From the IMG/VR virus record IMGVR_UViG_3300027653_000051, positions 1 to 25,879 of that record: DNA of 25,879 nucleotides; one strand, given 5' to 3'. The notes under the pieces are model-generated. The model was not told the DNA's origin and did no database searches. It saw nothing but the letters and a program-made list of their open reading frames with translations. Positions 6,326 to 15,969 of the stretch are shown here, piece after piece (position 1 is the stretch's first letter; each line of letters starts with the position of its first letter). A program made the translations under genes and the position numbers. The DNA is from a virus (Duplodnaviria > Caudoviricetes).

Positions 6326-7228
6326 TTATAGACCTTTAAATTGAATAAATGCCAGCGTGTAAAAAGGCGGTCGGTTCTCGTGTGCTTGACCTCCTCCAGA
6401 TGTTTTTACAATATGGCTGTGTTGCCCTCCAGATTGTGTCATTCTGTTTCTATACAGAATTCTATTGTTGTCCGAATCAGTTCTTTCGCTACCTATATAG
6501 TTTCCAGCAAGTATTTCCAATACAGTTCCAGGTACACGTGTGCCATCTATCGCGCTATTGTTCTCTATGTAATAAGAGTCTGCGTAAGCATGCGCGTGCC
6601 CACCTGCCAATTCAGTTGTATGTCCGTGCGAAGGCATTTGCGCTTCTGTTAGTGTAACATCTTTTGCGCCGCCAACCTTTCCGACTGCATTGTAATCCGC
6701 TTCGGAAGAATTGTAGCCGACCACGAATCTTGACCTTAAATCAGGCGTGCCGTTAGTACCGTCGCAAAGCGCCCAACCTGCTGGTATTTCATTTATTGCT
6801 CCAGCCCACATGATTATTGCACCCACGGGCGTGAGTTTTGAATTCATAGAATCTATAGTAGAAGTTAATTCTATTAAAGACTTTACTCGTTTAAAACTCG
6901 ACCATGGAATGCCTGGATTTCCAAACACCATTTTTCTGGTTTCGTAAACTGCTTTACTCGCACCGTCTTCGAATTCTCGCTCCTCCGTCACACTTACCAC
7001 CCTAACCAATGAAGCTAACGCTCCACCTTCAAACGGCAGTACTTCGTTATTATAAACCACGAATCCAGGGCTGACGTTTCCGCCACTCTCGATACAACCG
7101 GATAGAATGACATTCTCGCCAGCCATTGCACCGAGTTGGTTGAATATATTCCAGGATTCCTGCATGAAGGTCAGCGTATCTGACTCCAGTGGAAATCCTC
7201 CAGTTTGTTGTACGTGTATCTTATTCAT
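6326..7228 (-). CDS. Tail fibre protein with tail-collar domain
   Basis: PVGAIIMWAG..IPAGWALCDGTNGTPDLRSRFVVG, MPSHGH and AHENRPPFYTLAFI motifs. Confidence 0.88.
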   Translation of the reverse strand: MNKIHVQQTGGFPLESDTLTFMQESWNIFNQLGAMAGENVILSGCIESGGNVSPGFVVYNNEVLPFEGGALASLVRVVSVTEEREFEDGASKAVYETRKMVFGNPGIPWSSFKRVKSLIELTSTIDSMNSKLTPVGAIIMWAGAINEIPAGWALCDGTNGTPDLRSRFVVGYNSSEADYNAVGKVGGAKDVTLTEAQMPSHGHTTELAGGHAHAYADSYYIENNSAIDGTRVPGTVLEILAGNYIGSERTDSDNNRILYRNRMTQSGGQHSHIVKTSGGGQAHENRPPFYTLAFIQFKGL

Positions 7229-7230
7229 AG

Positions 7231-7740
7231 CTATAGCTCGTTATATTCAAAAAATGCGTTATTAATTATTATATATCTCGTTCCAAAAAGCTTGTAAAAG
7301 TCAACCAAGGCTTCTATATCATGCCTATCTGCACCTGCACCGTTCATGTTCACCTTAAAGTCAATGTTCGATTCGTAAGCCGATGAATCGTATAAGTCAA
7401 GCCTACCCAAATGTTTTGGTTTGTTTTCAGCGAAGGTGTAGATGTAGTTGTATTCTGCGATAAAATCTTCTTCGATTCGAATTCGTCGCTCGGACGGATC
7501 AAATTCATCGTTCAAAGCCTTTTCTAAATAGCAAATTTGATAGTTGTGATTGACGCGATAAATGTTTCGTTTTCGATTTTGGACAAATGAATAATGCAAA
7601 CCAACGAGTGGCCGAATCAAGGATTGCAAGAAGCCAATGGACGCCTTGCGCCTCCATAAAATTGGAAGCATCAAAATCATCAACTTATTAAAGTCAACGT
7701 GATACCATTGCGCGTTTTGACTTGCTAATTCCTCCGCCAT
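7231..7740 (-). CDS. Baseplate wedge subunit (Mu gp48/P2 gpI positional equivalent)
   Basis: Lies between the baseplate J-like gene and the fibre gene; QICYLEKALND.FD motif. Confidence 0.6.
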   Translation of the reverse strand: MAEELASQNAQWYHVDFNKLMILMLPILWRRKASIGFLQSLIRPLVGLHYSFVQNRKRNIYRVNHNYQICYLEKALNDEFDPSERRIRIEEDFIAEYNYIYTFAENKPKHLGRLDLYDSSAYESNIDFKVNMNGAGADRHDIEALVDFYKLFGTRYIIINNAFFEYNEL

Positions 7741-8606
7741 TATACTAAGTAATTTATTCCATTATAATCTTCGATCTTGAAGTAACCACTCTCTGGCACT
7801 TTTCGAACATCTACTACCTGCCAATCTCCATAATTTCCCAATCCTGGATCAATCCAAGAAGTCAAAACACTATCGATTTGAACCAAGTTCACACCTTCTG
7901 TTTGCTCTAATTTGTTAGATAAATCTTGCAAACGCAATTCACCATTGAACGGCAATTCCTTCATGAATTCCTTTAGTGCATCCTCAACGGGTTTAGTTCC
8001 GTCAACGCGATGCACTCCATTCGAAGTTAGAATGAGCGGATCTCGATAAATTCGAATGTTTAGCTGCAATAAGTCTGGTAAATAGTTGATCAAAGTATAA
8101 GGCACACCCGCCGCTTTGATTTGCATCAGCCATTCGCTCACCGCTTCGATTTCGTCCGGTGTCAATGGCTGAAGTTCTTCGTTGATTTCGGTCGCAACCT
8201 TACAAATCACTCTCTTTTCGTTCGAGCTTTCCGTAACTGCTGCGTATTTGATTATTTTCGATTGAAGGATTTCGTCCTCCGTCTTTCCTGCATTGTTCCA
8301 CTTATCCGTTCCAGGTATCAAATTGAATCCATATTGAAAATTCAATAATTGCTCCCTGACCCAGATTCCATTGTGAAGCTTTTTACTCGCGATCAGTTCA
8401 TCCAGCTCGCGTTTGTGAACGCCAAATATCTGTTCCAATATATAATGTGAGAAAGCGATGATTTCGAACAATACATTCTCGTAACTTACGAGTGAAAATT
8501 GAGATTCAAAGCTTTGATTTGGATCAAATCCATATCTCTGTTGCATCTCTTCATTCGCCATGAATGCATCGACTATTTCCCTTTTTATTTCTGCCCTTGT
8601 TCTCAT
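7740..8606 (-). CDS. Baseplate J-like wedge protein
   Basis: Gene order, size and IIKYAAV / IKAAGV / LPFNGEL motifs. Confidence 0.65.
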   Translation of the reverse strand: MRTRAEIKREIVDAFMANEEMQQRYGFDPNQSFESQFSLVSYENVLFEIIAFSHYILEQIFGVHKRELDELIASKKLHNGIWVREQLLNFQYGFNLIPGTDKWNNAGKTEDEILQSKIIKYAAVTESSNEKRVICKVATEINEELQPLTPDEIEAVSEWLMQIKAAGVPYTLINYLPDLLQLNIRIYRDPLILTSNGVHRVDGTKPVEDALKEFMKELPFNGELRLQDLSNKLEQTEGVNLVQIDSVLTSWIDPGLGNYGDWQVVDVRKVPESGYFKIEDYNGINYLV

Positions 8607-8896
8607 GATACAATGAATTCGTTTTTAAGTTCCCAATACGAGATTCCTTCCAATTTCGGTTTACTCGCTTCGATTCCCGTCCAAGCCGTTGCAGGTACTT
8701 TGTTTTTCGGAGTGAAGAAATTCACCACCTTTTGACTGCGAATATTCGTTGGCTGAACATCGTCACCAACTTTCAAATCAGCTGTTATACTTCTTGAATT
8801 CAACACTGCCATGTCGATGGCTGTGTCGATGCTCCCTGTCGTTTGCAGGATCATGTCTAAAAAACTCTGTCCTTGCCTAACTTTCATAACTCGCAA
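8603..8896 (-). CDS. LysM-like/tail X-like baseplate protein
   Basis: VRQGQSFLD..LQTTGS...A.LN...T.DL..G resembles a LysM pattern. Confidence 0.65.
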   Translation of the reverse strand: MRVMKVRQGQSFLDMILQTTGSIDTAIDMAVLNSRSITADLKVGDDVQPTNIRSQKVVNFFTPKNKVPATAWTGIEASKPKLEGISYWELKNEFIVS

Positions 8897-9224
8897 CTAT
8901 ATCTATGTTTTCTGCGTCGTATAATTCCAATCTCTTAATCACCAAGCCGTCTTGAGTGAACACCTCTCGCACTCTGTGCCTTGCTTCTAACAAGTTTTCA
9001 TTCAGCAATTCGGCTTTCAATCCCACGCCAAGCGTTGGTTCTGACTTCAATTCACCTGGATACATTGCCAACAGCGTTGCTTGGTTCTGATAAAGTGTGT
9101 GATCTATCACAACACCCGAATCTATCATTCCATCATCGTTGTATTGCGGTTCAATCTTCAAATCCCACAATTCCGCCGCATCGGCTGAATCAACGAGCTG
9201 TATGCCTGTATCTTTTCTTTTCAT
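8877..9224 (-). CDS. Baseplate gp25/gpW (Mu gp46)-like protein
   Basis: PGELKSEPTLGVG motif, 115 aa, follows the spike gene. Confidence 0.65.
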   Translation of the reverse strand: MKRKDTGIQLVDSADAAELWDLKIEPQYNDDGMIDSGVVIDHTLYQNQATLLAMYPGELKSEPTLGVGLKAELLNENLLEARHRVREVFTQDGLVIKRLELYDAENIDIVASYES

Positions 9225-9430
9225 GTCAAATTTCCTCCAAATGTTCCTGTAACTGGCCCCGCAGAAGTCGTCAAACCCGATACGTAATTGATCTGTGCTT
9301 CTTTGATTTCGTCTATCAATGCAACTGCAAGTCTATCGGAAAATTCATCAATCGAATCCACTTCACGCTCCATCATGTCGTTCATTATTTCGACTATATT
9401 TCCTTTTAATCTATTTTTATCTAAAGCCAT
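9221..9430 (-). CDS. Small hypothetical baseplate-region protein
   Basis: Tightly coupled 69-aa ORF ending GPVTGTFGG. Confidence 0.7.
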   Translation of the reverse strand: MALDKNRLKGNIVEIMNDMMEREVDSIDEFSDRLAVALIDEIKEAQINYVSGLTTSAGPVTGTFGGNLT

Positions 9431-9934
9431 TTAAATCTGTTTTAAAATCGTTTTAAAAGCCGTTTCAAAATTCTCAATTGCCAAAATCGAGTCCGGTAAT
9501 GGTGTACCACTTGGACCAACTGGCGTGTGCACCTTCAAATTCTTCAAAATCGATTGAAGCTGATCAAATAGTTCATAAATTCCAGTACTCGAATTCTTCG
9601 CTCCGATTTTCGAAGATTTCAAATCGATTTCCATTTCGAAATCTCCGTTTTTAGCAATTACTTTATCGATCTGATCGCATTTGATCACTGCTAAATTGTC
9701 AATCGATCCATCCGTTGAGATCATCATTACATTTGTTCCAATCGTTGGAATTAAAAGCAAGGTTTGAGCATCGTTCGCTGTCGCCTTCAATTTGACATCG
9801 CTCAATTCGATATCGTCAACCTTCACCGTGCAAGTGTCGGTTTGAGTAGATACCACGGTTCCGGACAAAATCACTCTTTCATCCATCCTGACTGTTTCCA
9901 GCAATCGCCTTTTCAATTCCGCCACTCTATCCAT
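9431..9934 (-). CDS. Baseplate spike (gpV/Mu gp45-like)
   Basis: OB-fold-like GTVVS..TCTV...P.IGT.V N-terminus and VHTPVGPSGTP tip motif; follows the hub gene. Confidence 0.65.
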   Translation of the reverse strand: MDRVAELKRRLLETVRMDERVILSGTVVSTQTDTCTVKVDDIELSDVKLKATANDAQTLLLIPTIGTNVMMISTDGSIDNLAVIKCDQIDKVIAKNGDFEMEIDLKSSKIGAKNSSTGIYELFDQLQSILKNLKVHTPVGPSGTPLPDSILAIENFETAFKTILKQI

Positions 9935-10905
9935 TACGCACTGAGTTTAATTCCTAATTGCACATTTCTAACGATTCCACCCTCGCTCAGCGTTGTTTTC
10001 ACTGAATCGACATAATATCTACCGTCTTTATATTCATAATCTGAATCGTATATTCCTGCGGTGAATGAAGGTTCTACGTATGGAATCAACCAAGCATCAA
10101 AACTGCCTTCATAGCCGTCCGTCATTCGATTCTTATATTCGGTTTCAGCGATTACTTTAATCGTTTCGGGCGTCATTCGTCCAACCCTTTTTGTGATTTT
10201 CTCACCGCCCGGTTGACCTGCGGTGTAACTCGTTATTGTGCCGTCCAATGCGACGTTTTCGATGACCACTTCAACACGTTTGTCTTGAGCAGTTTTGTAC
10301 TCTAAACCGAAATTCTCGATGTTGATTTGTGGCGAATAATCCACATCACCGCCTTTGCGTGTATATGCTGGATGAATGTGGAGCGTGTTGTTTTCGAAAT
10401 AAATATCCGCTCCCGTTTCTTCTTGAAGTTTTTTCAAAACATCAAACGCAGTTGCGTGATGAATCGTGAACTTCTCGTAATCAATTGTATAATCGCTGAT
10501 AAGATTGATTGTTGGATCAACATTTTGAATCAAATAATTAGCGATTTGAGCGATTGAAGCTGGTTTCATTTGGATATTCGGAACTGAAACCCGGAACAAA
10601 AACAATGAATCCTCGCATTCGATTTTGATGGACCCGTCGTTGGTGATTATTTCTTTGATGTAGCCTTTGAATTCCGTTCTGAATTGATGACCACGATACC
10701 CGAGTTTGATTTCAATCTCATCTCCACGGCCAATGATTTGACCTAAATTCAAAACTTGATTGAAGTTGGCTTCAGGCAATACGATAGTAGCTGTATTGGC
10801 TAAGTTTTTCACTGACTTGTCAATGATACACTCAGACAACAAACCGAGATTCCATGTTTCATCTTCGGTCCTTACAATCACCTCCCAAATGACTTCAAAA
10901 TTCAT
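9934..10905 (-). CDS. Baseplate hub (Mu gp44/P2 gpD-like)
   Basis: IKLGY..EFKGYI, IECED, GYEGSF..W..P and G.YYV.SV motifs. Confidence 0.8.
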   Translation of the reverse strand: MNFEVIWEVIVRTEDETWNLGLLSECIIDKSVKNLANTATIVLPEANFNQVLNLGQIIGRGDEIEIKLGYRGHQFRTEFKGYIKEIITNDGSIKIECEDSLFLFRVSVPNIQMKPASIAQIANYLIQNVDPTINLISDYTIDYEKFTIHHATAFDVLKKLQEETGADIYFENNTLHIHPAYTRKGGDVDYSPQINIENFGLEYKTAQDKRVEVVIENVALDGTITSYTAGQPGGEKITKRVGRMTPETIKVIAETEYKNRMTDGYEGSFDAWLIPYVEPSFTAGIYDSDYEYKDGRYYVDSVKTTLSEGGIVRNVQLGIKLSA

Positions 10906-10906
10906 C

Positions 10907-11596
10907 TTATCTAAATTCTGTTGCGTTTACATCCGTGTTATTTCTCTTATAAATCAAATCCCAATCGAAATCCGAAATTGCTTTTATTTCGTAGGCTTGC
11001 ACATTTTCGCCTTTTGTAAATGGGAAACTCATTTCTTCAATCACTATATAATTGATACCCAAAAGCTGAAGCGGTTCACATTTTACTTGCAAGCGCTCAG
11101 CGGTCAACATATAATCGCGTAGTCTCTCCATGTCCTCGCGTGGATAAGTCTCCACGTACGAGCCTTTCAACCTTTCGCCGAATAAAGCTCCCGTTATGGT
11201 GATGTCGATGTCGTCCGTACCCATTCGCTCTTTTATCGATCCGATCAGTTTACTTCCCGATTTCGATACATATCTTTTAGCAATGATGTTTCGAATGCCG
11301 ATGTTGATCATCGGTTCCCACGGTAGCAAGTAAAATTGCTCTTCAGTTTCTCGTTTGAAACTGAATGGAAAAAACTGTTCTTCTTCGCTCAATTTGCGAT
11401 CATTCTTCCAAGCTTCAACGGCTTCGAATCCGTCAACCTCGTTTATATGCACCTCGTTTTGAAGTGGCAAAAATGGTATTGGAGGCAATACGTGCTTGTT
11501 CAATTCGTTTTGAACTGCTGCGAATCGCGGTAAAGACTTTACCACCTTACTGCCTACCAAACTGGCTAACAATGCATTTTCGTCTGTTAATCTCAT
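10907..11596 (-). CDS. Tail-tube initiator-like protein (DUF6046-like)
   Basis: Between tape measure and hub; EP.I.I..RN.I.KR, GSIKE and I.AISD motifs. Confidence 0.6.
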   Translation of the reverse strand: MRLTDENALLASLVGSKVVKSLPRFAAVQNELNKHVLPPIPFLPLQNEVHINEVDGFEAVEAWKNDRKLSEEEQFFPFSFKRETEEQFYLLPWEPMINIGIRNIIAKRYVSKSGSKLIGSIKERMGTDDIDITITGALFGERLKGSYVETYPREDMERLRDYMLTAERLQVKCEPLQLLGINYIVIEEMSFPFTKGENVQAYEIKAISDFDWDLIYKRNNTDVNATEFR

Positions 11597-13368
11597 CCTC
11601 CTGCTGTTGTTGCTGAACCTATTACACGAAGCATAGCATCTAACACCTGATCTTCCATTTCGGAAGTCGTTTCTTTAAAAGTCTTGCCATGAATCGTAAG
11701 ATGGCCAATCAAATCGTTAAGGTTTATCGTTATATAATTATGTCGAGTTCCTCCAGTTGCGATGGCTGAATTGGTTTTCTTTGCATCTTTCGAATTTTTA
11801 CCCAATTCTGGAAATGCCATATTCGCCGCTGCTCCAGGAATACCACCCGGTGGTACGATTCCGCCCAAATCGAACGATTCCCATGAGAGAGCTCCACCTG
11901 CTTTCTTCAAAGATTCCAAACCTTCTTTGGTCAATTTACCAGCCTTCACGTAGCCGTCAATGATGCTTTTTTGACGATCTTCAATCGATCTATTGAGGTC
12001 AGCAATCATTTGATTGTTCGCGCTTTTATCGCCGATTCCAATGAAGTTTTTGAACTTAACCCAGGCGATTCGAAGCTTGTCAATGTTTATCATAAAGCCT
12101 TGAATTAAAGTGTTAAATTGAGCTTTTCCAGCCTGAACAAATGCTGCCAAAATGGACTTAGCACCGTCCATGACGTGATTCCAGGCATCGCCCCAACCTT
12201 TTACCGAAGTAGCCAACCAAAGAATTACACCAATCAACGCGACTATCGCCGCAATGATCCAAGTGCCAGGAAACGCCCAAACTGCCAAGTTTGCCACCCA
12301 TTGAGCGGCCGCTAATGCTAACAATGCAACGGAAACCAATCCGAGAATTGCGACGAAAGGTTTTAAATATGGCCCTGCCTTATCACCCAACCAGCTGATG
12401 ACACCCATCAACTTTGTGGCAATTGGTAGAAACACATTTCCGATTTCAATAAACATTTGCTTGAATTGCCCACGCAGTTGCTCCAATTGCCCGTAGGGCG
12501 TATTTGCAACTTTATCGAGCATATTATGAAACTTCCCACCTTCGCCCGTTGCTTGAGTCATCGCCCACTTTACGTGATCGATAGTCAATTGACCTTTAGC
12601 CATTTTCTCGCGAAGCGATTCCATACTTTCACCCGTTGCCTCGCTAATCACAACCAATGGGTTAAATCCAGCGTTAATCATCTGATTCAAATCTTGCCCC
12701 ATCAGTTTGCCGAGTGAGTTGATTTGCGAAAATGCGAGTGCTAATGATCCAAGTTTCTGAGCATCACCTTGAGCGATGTCTCCGAGTTGCTCCATAATTG
12801 GGAGCAATTCCGAATCCTTGACACCATAACCGAGCATCATCGCTCCGATCTCATAGAGTTCATCGCCAAAGACTGTATCTGTCGCAAACTTGGTCAATCC
12901 ATCAAATAAAGCTGCTCCTATCTCTTCGGAACCAGTAAGAACCTGCATTCGCATTTTCTCCTTTCCAGCTTCCATTGCCTGGGTTGTAGCCGACCAGAAA
13001 CCTCCTATCGCTGCGGTAGAGAGAACCAATGGGTTTCGCATCAAATGCGCTCCAGGTAGCGACCCCGCTAAATCGGATCGCCAGCCTTGAATCGTCGCTC
13101 CGATACGCGAACCGGTGATGCCTCGTTCTAAACGATCGATTTGACGTTCTAATCGTTTAGCTTCATTGTAATAAAATCGGAAGGCATTTCTGTCTGTAGT
13201 TTTTTGCATTCCTGCTTGAGCCATGCTCAAACGATTCTGGAGCTGTTCTATCGATGACGACAGCTTACGCGAACGACCAACAGTTCTATCAAAGGCAGCG
13301 TTTATTTTATTCGTTGCCCCAGTGAACTTGTCTCTTAGCGATATTATGAACTCCAGTTTTTCGTGCAT
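11593..13368 (-). CDS. Tail tape measure protein
   Basis: LGDIAQGD..KL.SLALAFSQI...GKLMGQDLNQMINAGFNPL tape-measure domain and a hydrophobic helical middle. Confidence 0.93.
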   Translation of the reverse strand: MHEKLEFIISLRDKFTGATNKINAAFDRTVGRSRKLSSSIEQLQNRLSMAQAGMQKTTDRNAFRFYYNEAKRLERQIDRLERGITGSRIGATIQGWRSDLAGSLPGAHLMRNPLVLSTAAIGGFWSATTQAMEAGKEKMRMQVLTGSEEIGAALFDGLTKFATDTVFGDELYEIGAMMLGYGVKDSELLPIMEQLGDIAQGDAQKLGSLALAFSQINSLGKLMGQDLNQMINAGFNPLVVISEATGESMESLREKMAKGQLTIDHVKWAMTQATGEGGKFHNMLDKVANTPYGQLEQLRGQFKQMFIEIGNVFLPIATKLMGVISWLGDKAGPYLKPFVAILGLVSVALLALAAAQWVANLAVWAFPGTWIIAAIVALIGVILWLATSVKGWGDAWNHVMDGAKSILAAFVQAGKAQFNTLIQGFMINIDKLRIAWVKFKNFIGIGDKSANNQMIADLNRSIEDRQKSIIDGYVKAGKLTKEGLESLKKAGGALSWESFDLGGIVPPGGIPGAAANMAFPELGKNSKDAKKTNSAIATGGTRHNYITINLNDLIGHLTIHGKTFKETTSEMEDQVLDAMLRVIGSATTAGG

Positions 13369-13370
13369 TG

Positions 13371-13546
13371 TTACTTTTTATAGCCTTCAGCTTCTTTTTT
13401 CCTTATAAATTCGAGCTCGCGAACACGCGCTGCCCATTCATTGTCATCCAAGGTGTCGGGATCTAAGCCCATATAATAGATAAGGGATGCGTTCATTATC
13501 CGTAGCCAGTCCCTATCCTCATTGACTTTCGCATCCTTTACAGCTT
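13371..13546 (-). CDS. -1 frame extension of the tail assembly chaperone (gpGT-like)
   Basis: Open -1 frame KAVKDAKVNEDRDWLRIMNASLIYYMGLDPDTLDDNEWAARVRELEFIRKKEAEGYKK* ending 2 nt before the tape measure ATG; G GTA AAG site at 13550-13544. Confidence 0.75.
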
Positions 13547-13828
13547 TACCAGCTCCGCTTCTTTGATTTCGATCAATTCAGCTATTTTTGCCGAAGCTGA
13601 CAGGAACAAACTGTCGTCTGTTTTGATTTCTTCGTCACCTACTACCCAACAGGCATCGAGCATTAATTCGTTGAATTTCATTGGATCTTTAGTCGCTACT
13701 GAAGTTGCGTAGCTCAATGCTTTTCTTGAAGGTCTTTTTAGAATGGCTGTCTTGCCATCGATAGAAATTTGAAAGATTTCTCCGTGTTCTTTCTTAAATT
13801 TTGCGATTTGTTCTTTTGTAAATTTCAT
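13538..13828 (-). CDS. Tail assembly chaperone
   Basis: 96 aa between tube and tape measure; ends ELVKL over the slippery site. Confidence 0.8.
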   Translation of the reverse strand: MKFTKEQIAKFKKEHGEIFQISIDGKTAILKRPSRKALSYATSVATKDPMKFNELMLDACWVVGDEEIKTDDSLFLSASAKIAELIEIKEAELVKL

Positions 13829-13840
13829 TTTGTTTTGTTT

Positions 13841-13864
13841 AAAAAAGGGCGAAGCTAATCGCCC
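13841..13864 (-). terminator. Intrinsic terminator/attenuator after the tail tube gene
   Basis: Minus strand GGGCGA-TTAGCT-TCGCCC followed by TTTTTT. Confidence 0.7.
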
Positions 13865-13882
13865 AGTTGATAATGTTAAAGT

Positions 13883-14293
13883 TTAAATTTGGTTCTTAAT
13901 GTCAATGGCCAGGAACGGCAATGAGATCTCCATGAACTTGTCATTTTGATCGATTTCTTTAGGTTCAGATGAAAATCTAATACCTTCGATTCGATCGGTA
14001 GTCATGGCATCGCCATTGGCAGGGTTACCATAGGAAACCAAGGCGTCGAGCGATAAGCCCAAAATGCTGCCGTTTCCTGCGCGAACAAGTGCTTCGTACT
14101 CCGATTGCAACAATCGAATTTCACCGGTTACTGTTTCGTTACCAGATTGGATGCTATGTGTTTTGCGACCTTTAGCATGCAATGCTTCTCGTTCGATTTC
14201 CTTTGTATATGTGATTCCGCGAATTCCGGTGATGTCTCGACCACCCAAAATCAGTGTTAAATCCGCCCATTCGTATTCTCTTCCGTTAATCAT
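13883..14293 (-). CDS. Tail tube protein
   Basis: 136 aa directly after the sheath; INGREYEWAD..I.GI.Y pattern. Confidence 0.8.
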   Translation of the reverse strand: MINGREYEWADLTLILGGRDITGIRGITYTKEIEREALHAKGRKTHSIQSGNETVTGEIRLLQSEYEALVRAGNGSILGLSLDALVSYGNPANGDAMTTDRIEGIRFSSEPKEIDQNDKFMEISLPFLAIDIKNQI

Positions 14294-14303
14294 TTGTATC
14301 GTT

Positions 14304-15509
14304 TTAATTCGTTAAATCAAATCCAAGCAACACCTCAATCCAACGGTTGTAACCGAACGGACGCACTGAAACATTCACTTGCACTTTCGAAGTGCTAACA
14401 ATGTTTTGATTTGGATCAACAAAACATTTCACACCTACGTCCTTAGGATCCATTTGGTCCGAACTCAAATCTTCTGGCATAGCCGTCGAAATTCTTCGAA
14501 CCACTGCCGATTCCATCGTTTTGGCATAGATCGCCTGGATCGTTCCGTCAACATTCGCAGGTACTTCATCCAATAGGAAATCCAACAATGCGTCGTAGCT
14601 TAATCTAAAAGCTTCATTGATGATTCTTCTATGCGTTAAATAGTGATAGTCATCAGACACCTGTGTCGCTGTGTTCGCATCCATAAAATAGTAACCCGAA
14701 CGACCTGCGTGCGTAGTAAAACAGATATAGCCTTTATCGTACAATGCTTCATTGTCGTAATTTTCAACAGGAGTGTCCACAACGAACATTTCAGTCGGAA
14801 CTAAAGCGCCATTGCGAACTTTACCAGGATTCACACGCGGTGAATAAGCCGCCAATCTACCAGCCAACACCCCAACCGCAGCGCCTTGGCTTGCAGTAAC
14901 TCCCGAACGGCTTTCTGTGTCTCCGATTAGAACAGCAACACTGTTCCAAGAATTCGTTAAAAGGCTTGGCAATTCAACTTTATCGCCTTGGAAGGCGTAA
15001 CCCTCCAATACGGTAAAGAATGGCGCATATTTGACAGCTGTGTAACTCTCAAATAAAGCTTGAGCCGCTGCAGCTGATACCTCGATGTCCGGATCAATTT
15101 CCGCTCCGTCCAAATCGACCGGTGTCGCAGGATCGTAAACGGTAAACAATCCTCTCAATCGACCACCTGCCGAATTGAGCAATTCCTCCGCTGGTGTTAC
15201 ACCATTGTTTTCGGTGAAAAATTCCGATACCTTGGCAGTTTTCGGCATTCCATAAATCCAAACCTCCTGGCCTTCTCCAGCTTCAGCGAAGAATTCAGAC
15301 AAAGCCTTGTACAGCCTGTAGTTATCCATCGAAGCATTGATTCCAAGATCCGCAACGTCTTTCATCGACTTCAACTGATATGCTTTGTTCAACGCAAAAG
15401 TGTCAGAGATTGCCACTGCCGAAGCGATGAATCCAAAGACCCCCGTTTGCAACGGAGTAACGGCGCCAATGACGCCGTTGTTAAATTGAATATTAATTGC
15501 TGGCTTCAT
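14304..15509 (-). CDS. Tail sheath protein (DUF2586-like)
   Basis: L..KGYI......G.SGYYF, DY.Y....R.I and V.PFGY.R.I motifs; start moved to MKPAINI at 15509. Confidence 0.85.
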   Translation of the reverse strand: MKPAINIQFNNGVIGAVTPLQTGVFGFIASAVAISDTFALNKAYQLKSMKDVADLGINASMDNYRLYKALSEFFAEAGEGQEVWIYGMPKTAKVSEFFTENNGVTPAEELLNSAGGRLRGLFTVYDPATPVDLDGAEIDPDIEVSAAAAQALFESYTAVKYAPFFTVLEGYAFQGDKVELPSLLTNSWNSVAVLIGDTESRSGVTASQGAAVGVLAGRLAAYSPRVNPGKVRNGALVPTEMFVVDTPVENYDNEALYDKGYICFTTHAGRSGYYFMDANTATQVSDDYHYLTHRRIINEAFRLSYDALLDFLLDEVPANVDGTIQAIYAKTMESAVVRRISTAMPEDLSSDQMDPKDVGVKCFVDPNQNIVSTSKVQVNVSVRPFGYNRWIEVLLGFDLTN

Positions 15510-15969
15510 CGTCCTCTGTATTTTCAGTTTCTTCTTCAACATCAACTTCATCAGCTTGATCAGCTTCTTCATCTTCCAAATCAAATTCTAAATCAGAATC
15601 TTCTTCATCTTCCACATCTATATCTTTCAATTCAGCTTCCAAAATTCTCGCTTGCAAGGTTTCAAGCTTAATCGATTTTGGCGGTTTTTTGCCATAGAGC
15701 TCTGTGTATTTTTCCACCAATTCAGCATATTCAGCATCTTCAGAAGCTTCAGAAGCTTCTGGTTTATTAGCTTTTGGTTGAACTGGCTTCAATTCTTTCA
15801 CCTTTTCCTCGCCTTTATCCGACACCTCCGATGGTCTCACCACCTTATCGACTTTTTTATTCTTCAACGTTTTTGCGTGCATCTTCGCATCGCTTTCGTT
15901 AAAGAATGCCTGTCCGTCCGATGTTTTATAATAGTGATCGAGGTTTGGGCGTATTTTAAATATTTTCAT
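15493..15969 (-). CDS. Hypothetical protein with HeH-like motif and acidic tail
   Basis: Y.TSDGQAF N-terminus, YTELYGKKP....LETL..RI helix-extension-helix-like motif, D/E-rich C-terminus. Confidence 0.75.
   Translation of the reverse strand: MKIFKIRPNLDHYYKTSDGQAFFNESDAKMHAKTLKNKKVDKVVRPSEVSDKGEEKVKELKPVQPKANKPEASEASEDAEYAELVEKYTELYGKKPPKSIKLETLQARILEAELKDIDVEDEEDSDLEFDLEDEEADQADEVDVEEETENTEDDEASN

Noticed and set aside
3072-7228. Diversity-generating retroelement or invertible G-segment for the fibres
   Set aside because: No reverse transcriptase, TR/VR pair, invertase or flanking inverted repeats seen; all fibre genes are co-oriented.
15510-15584. Lys/Met/Leu-rich N-terminal extension of the sheath ORF
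   Set aside because: It is the shifted-frame shadow of the acidic GAA/GAT tail of the upstream gene.
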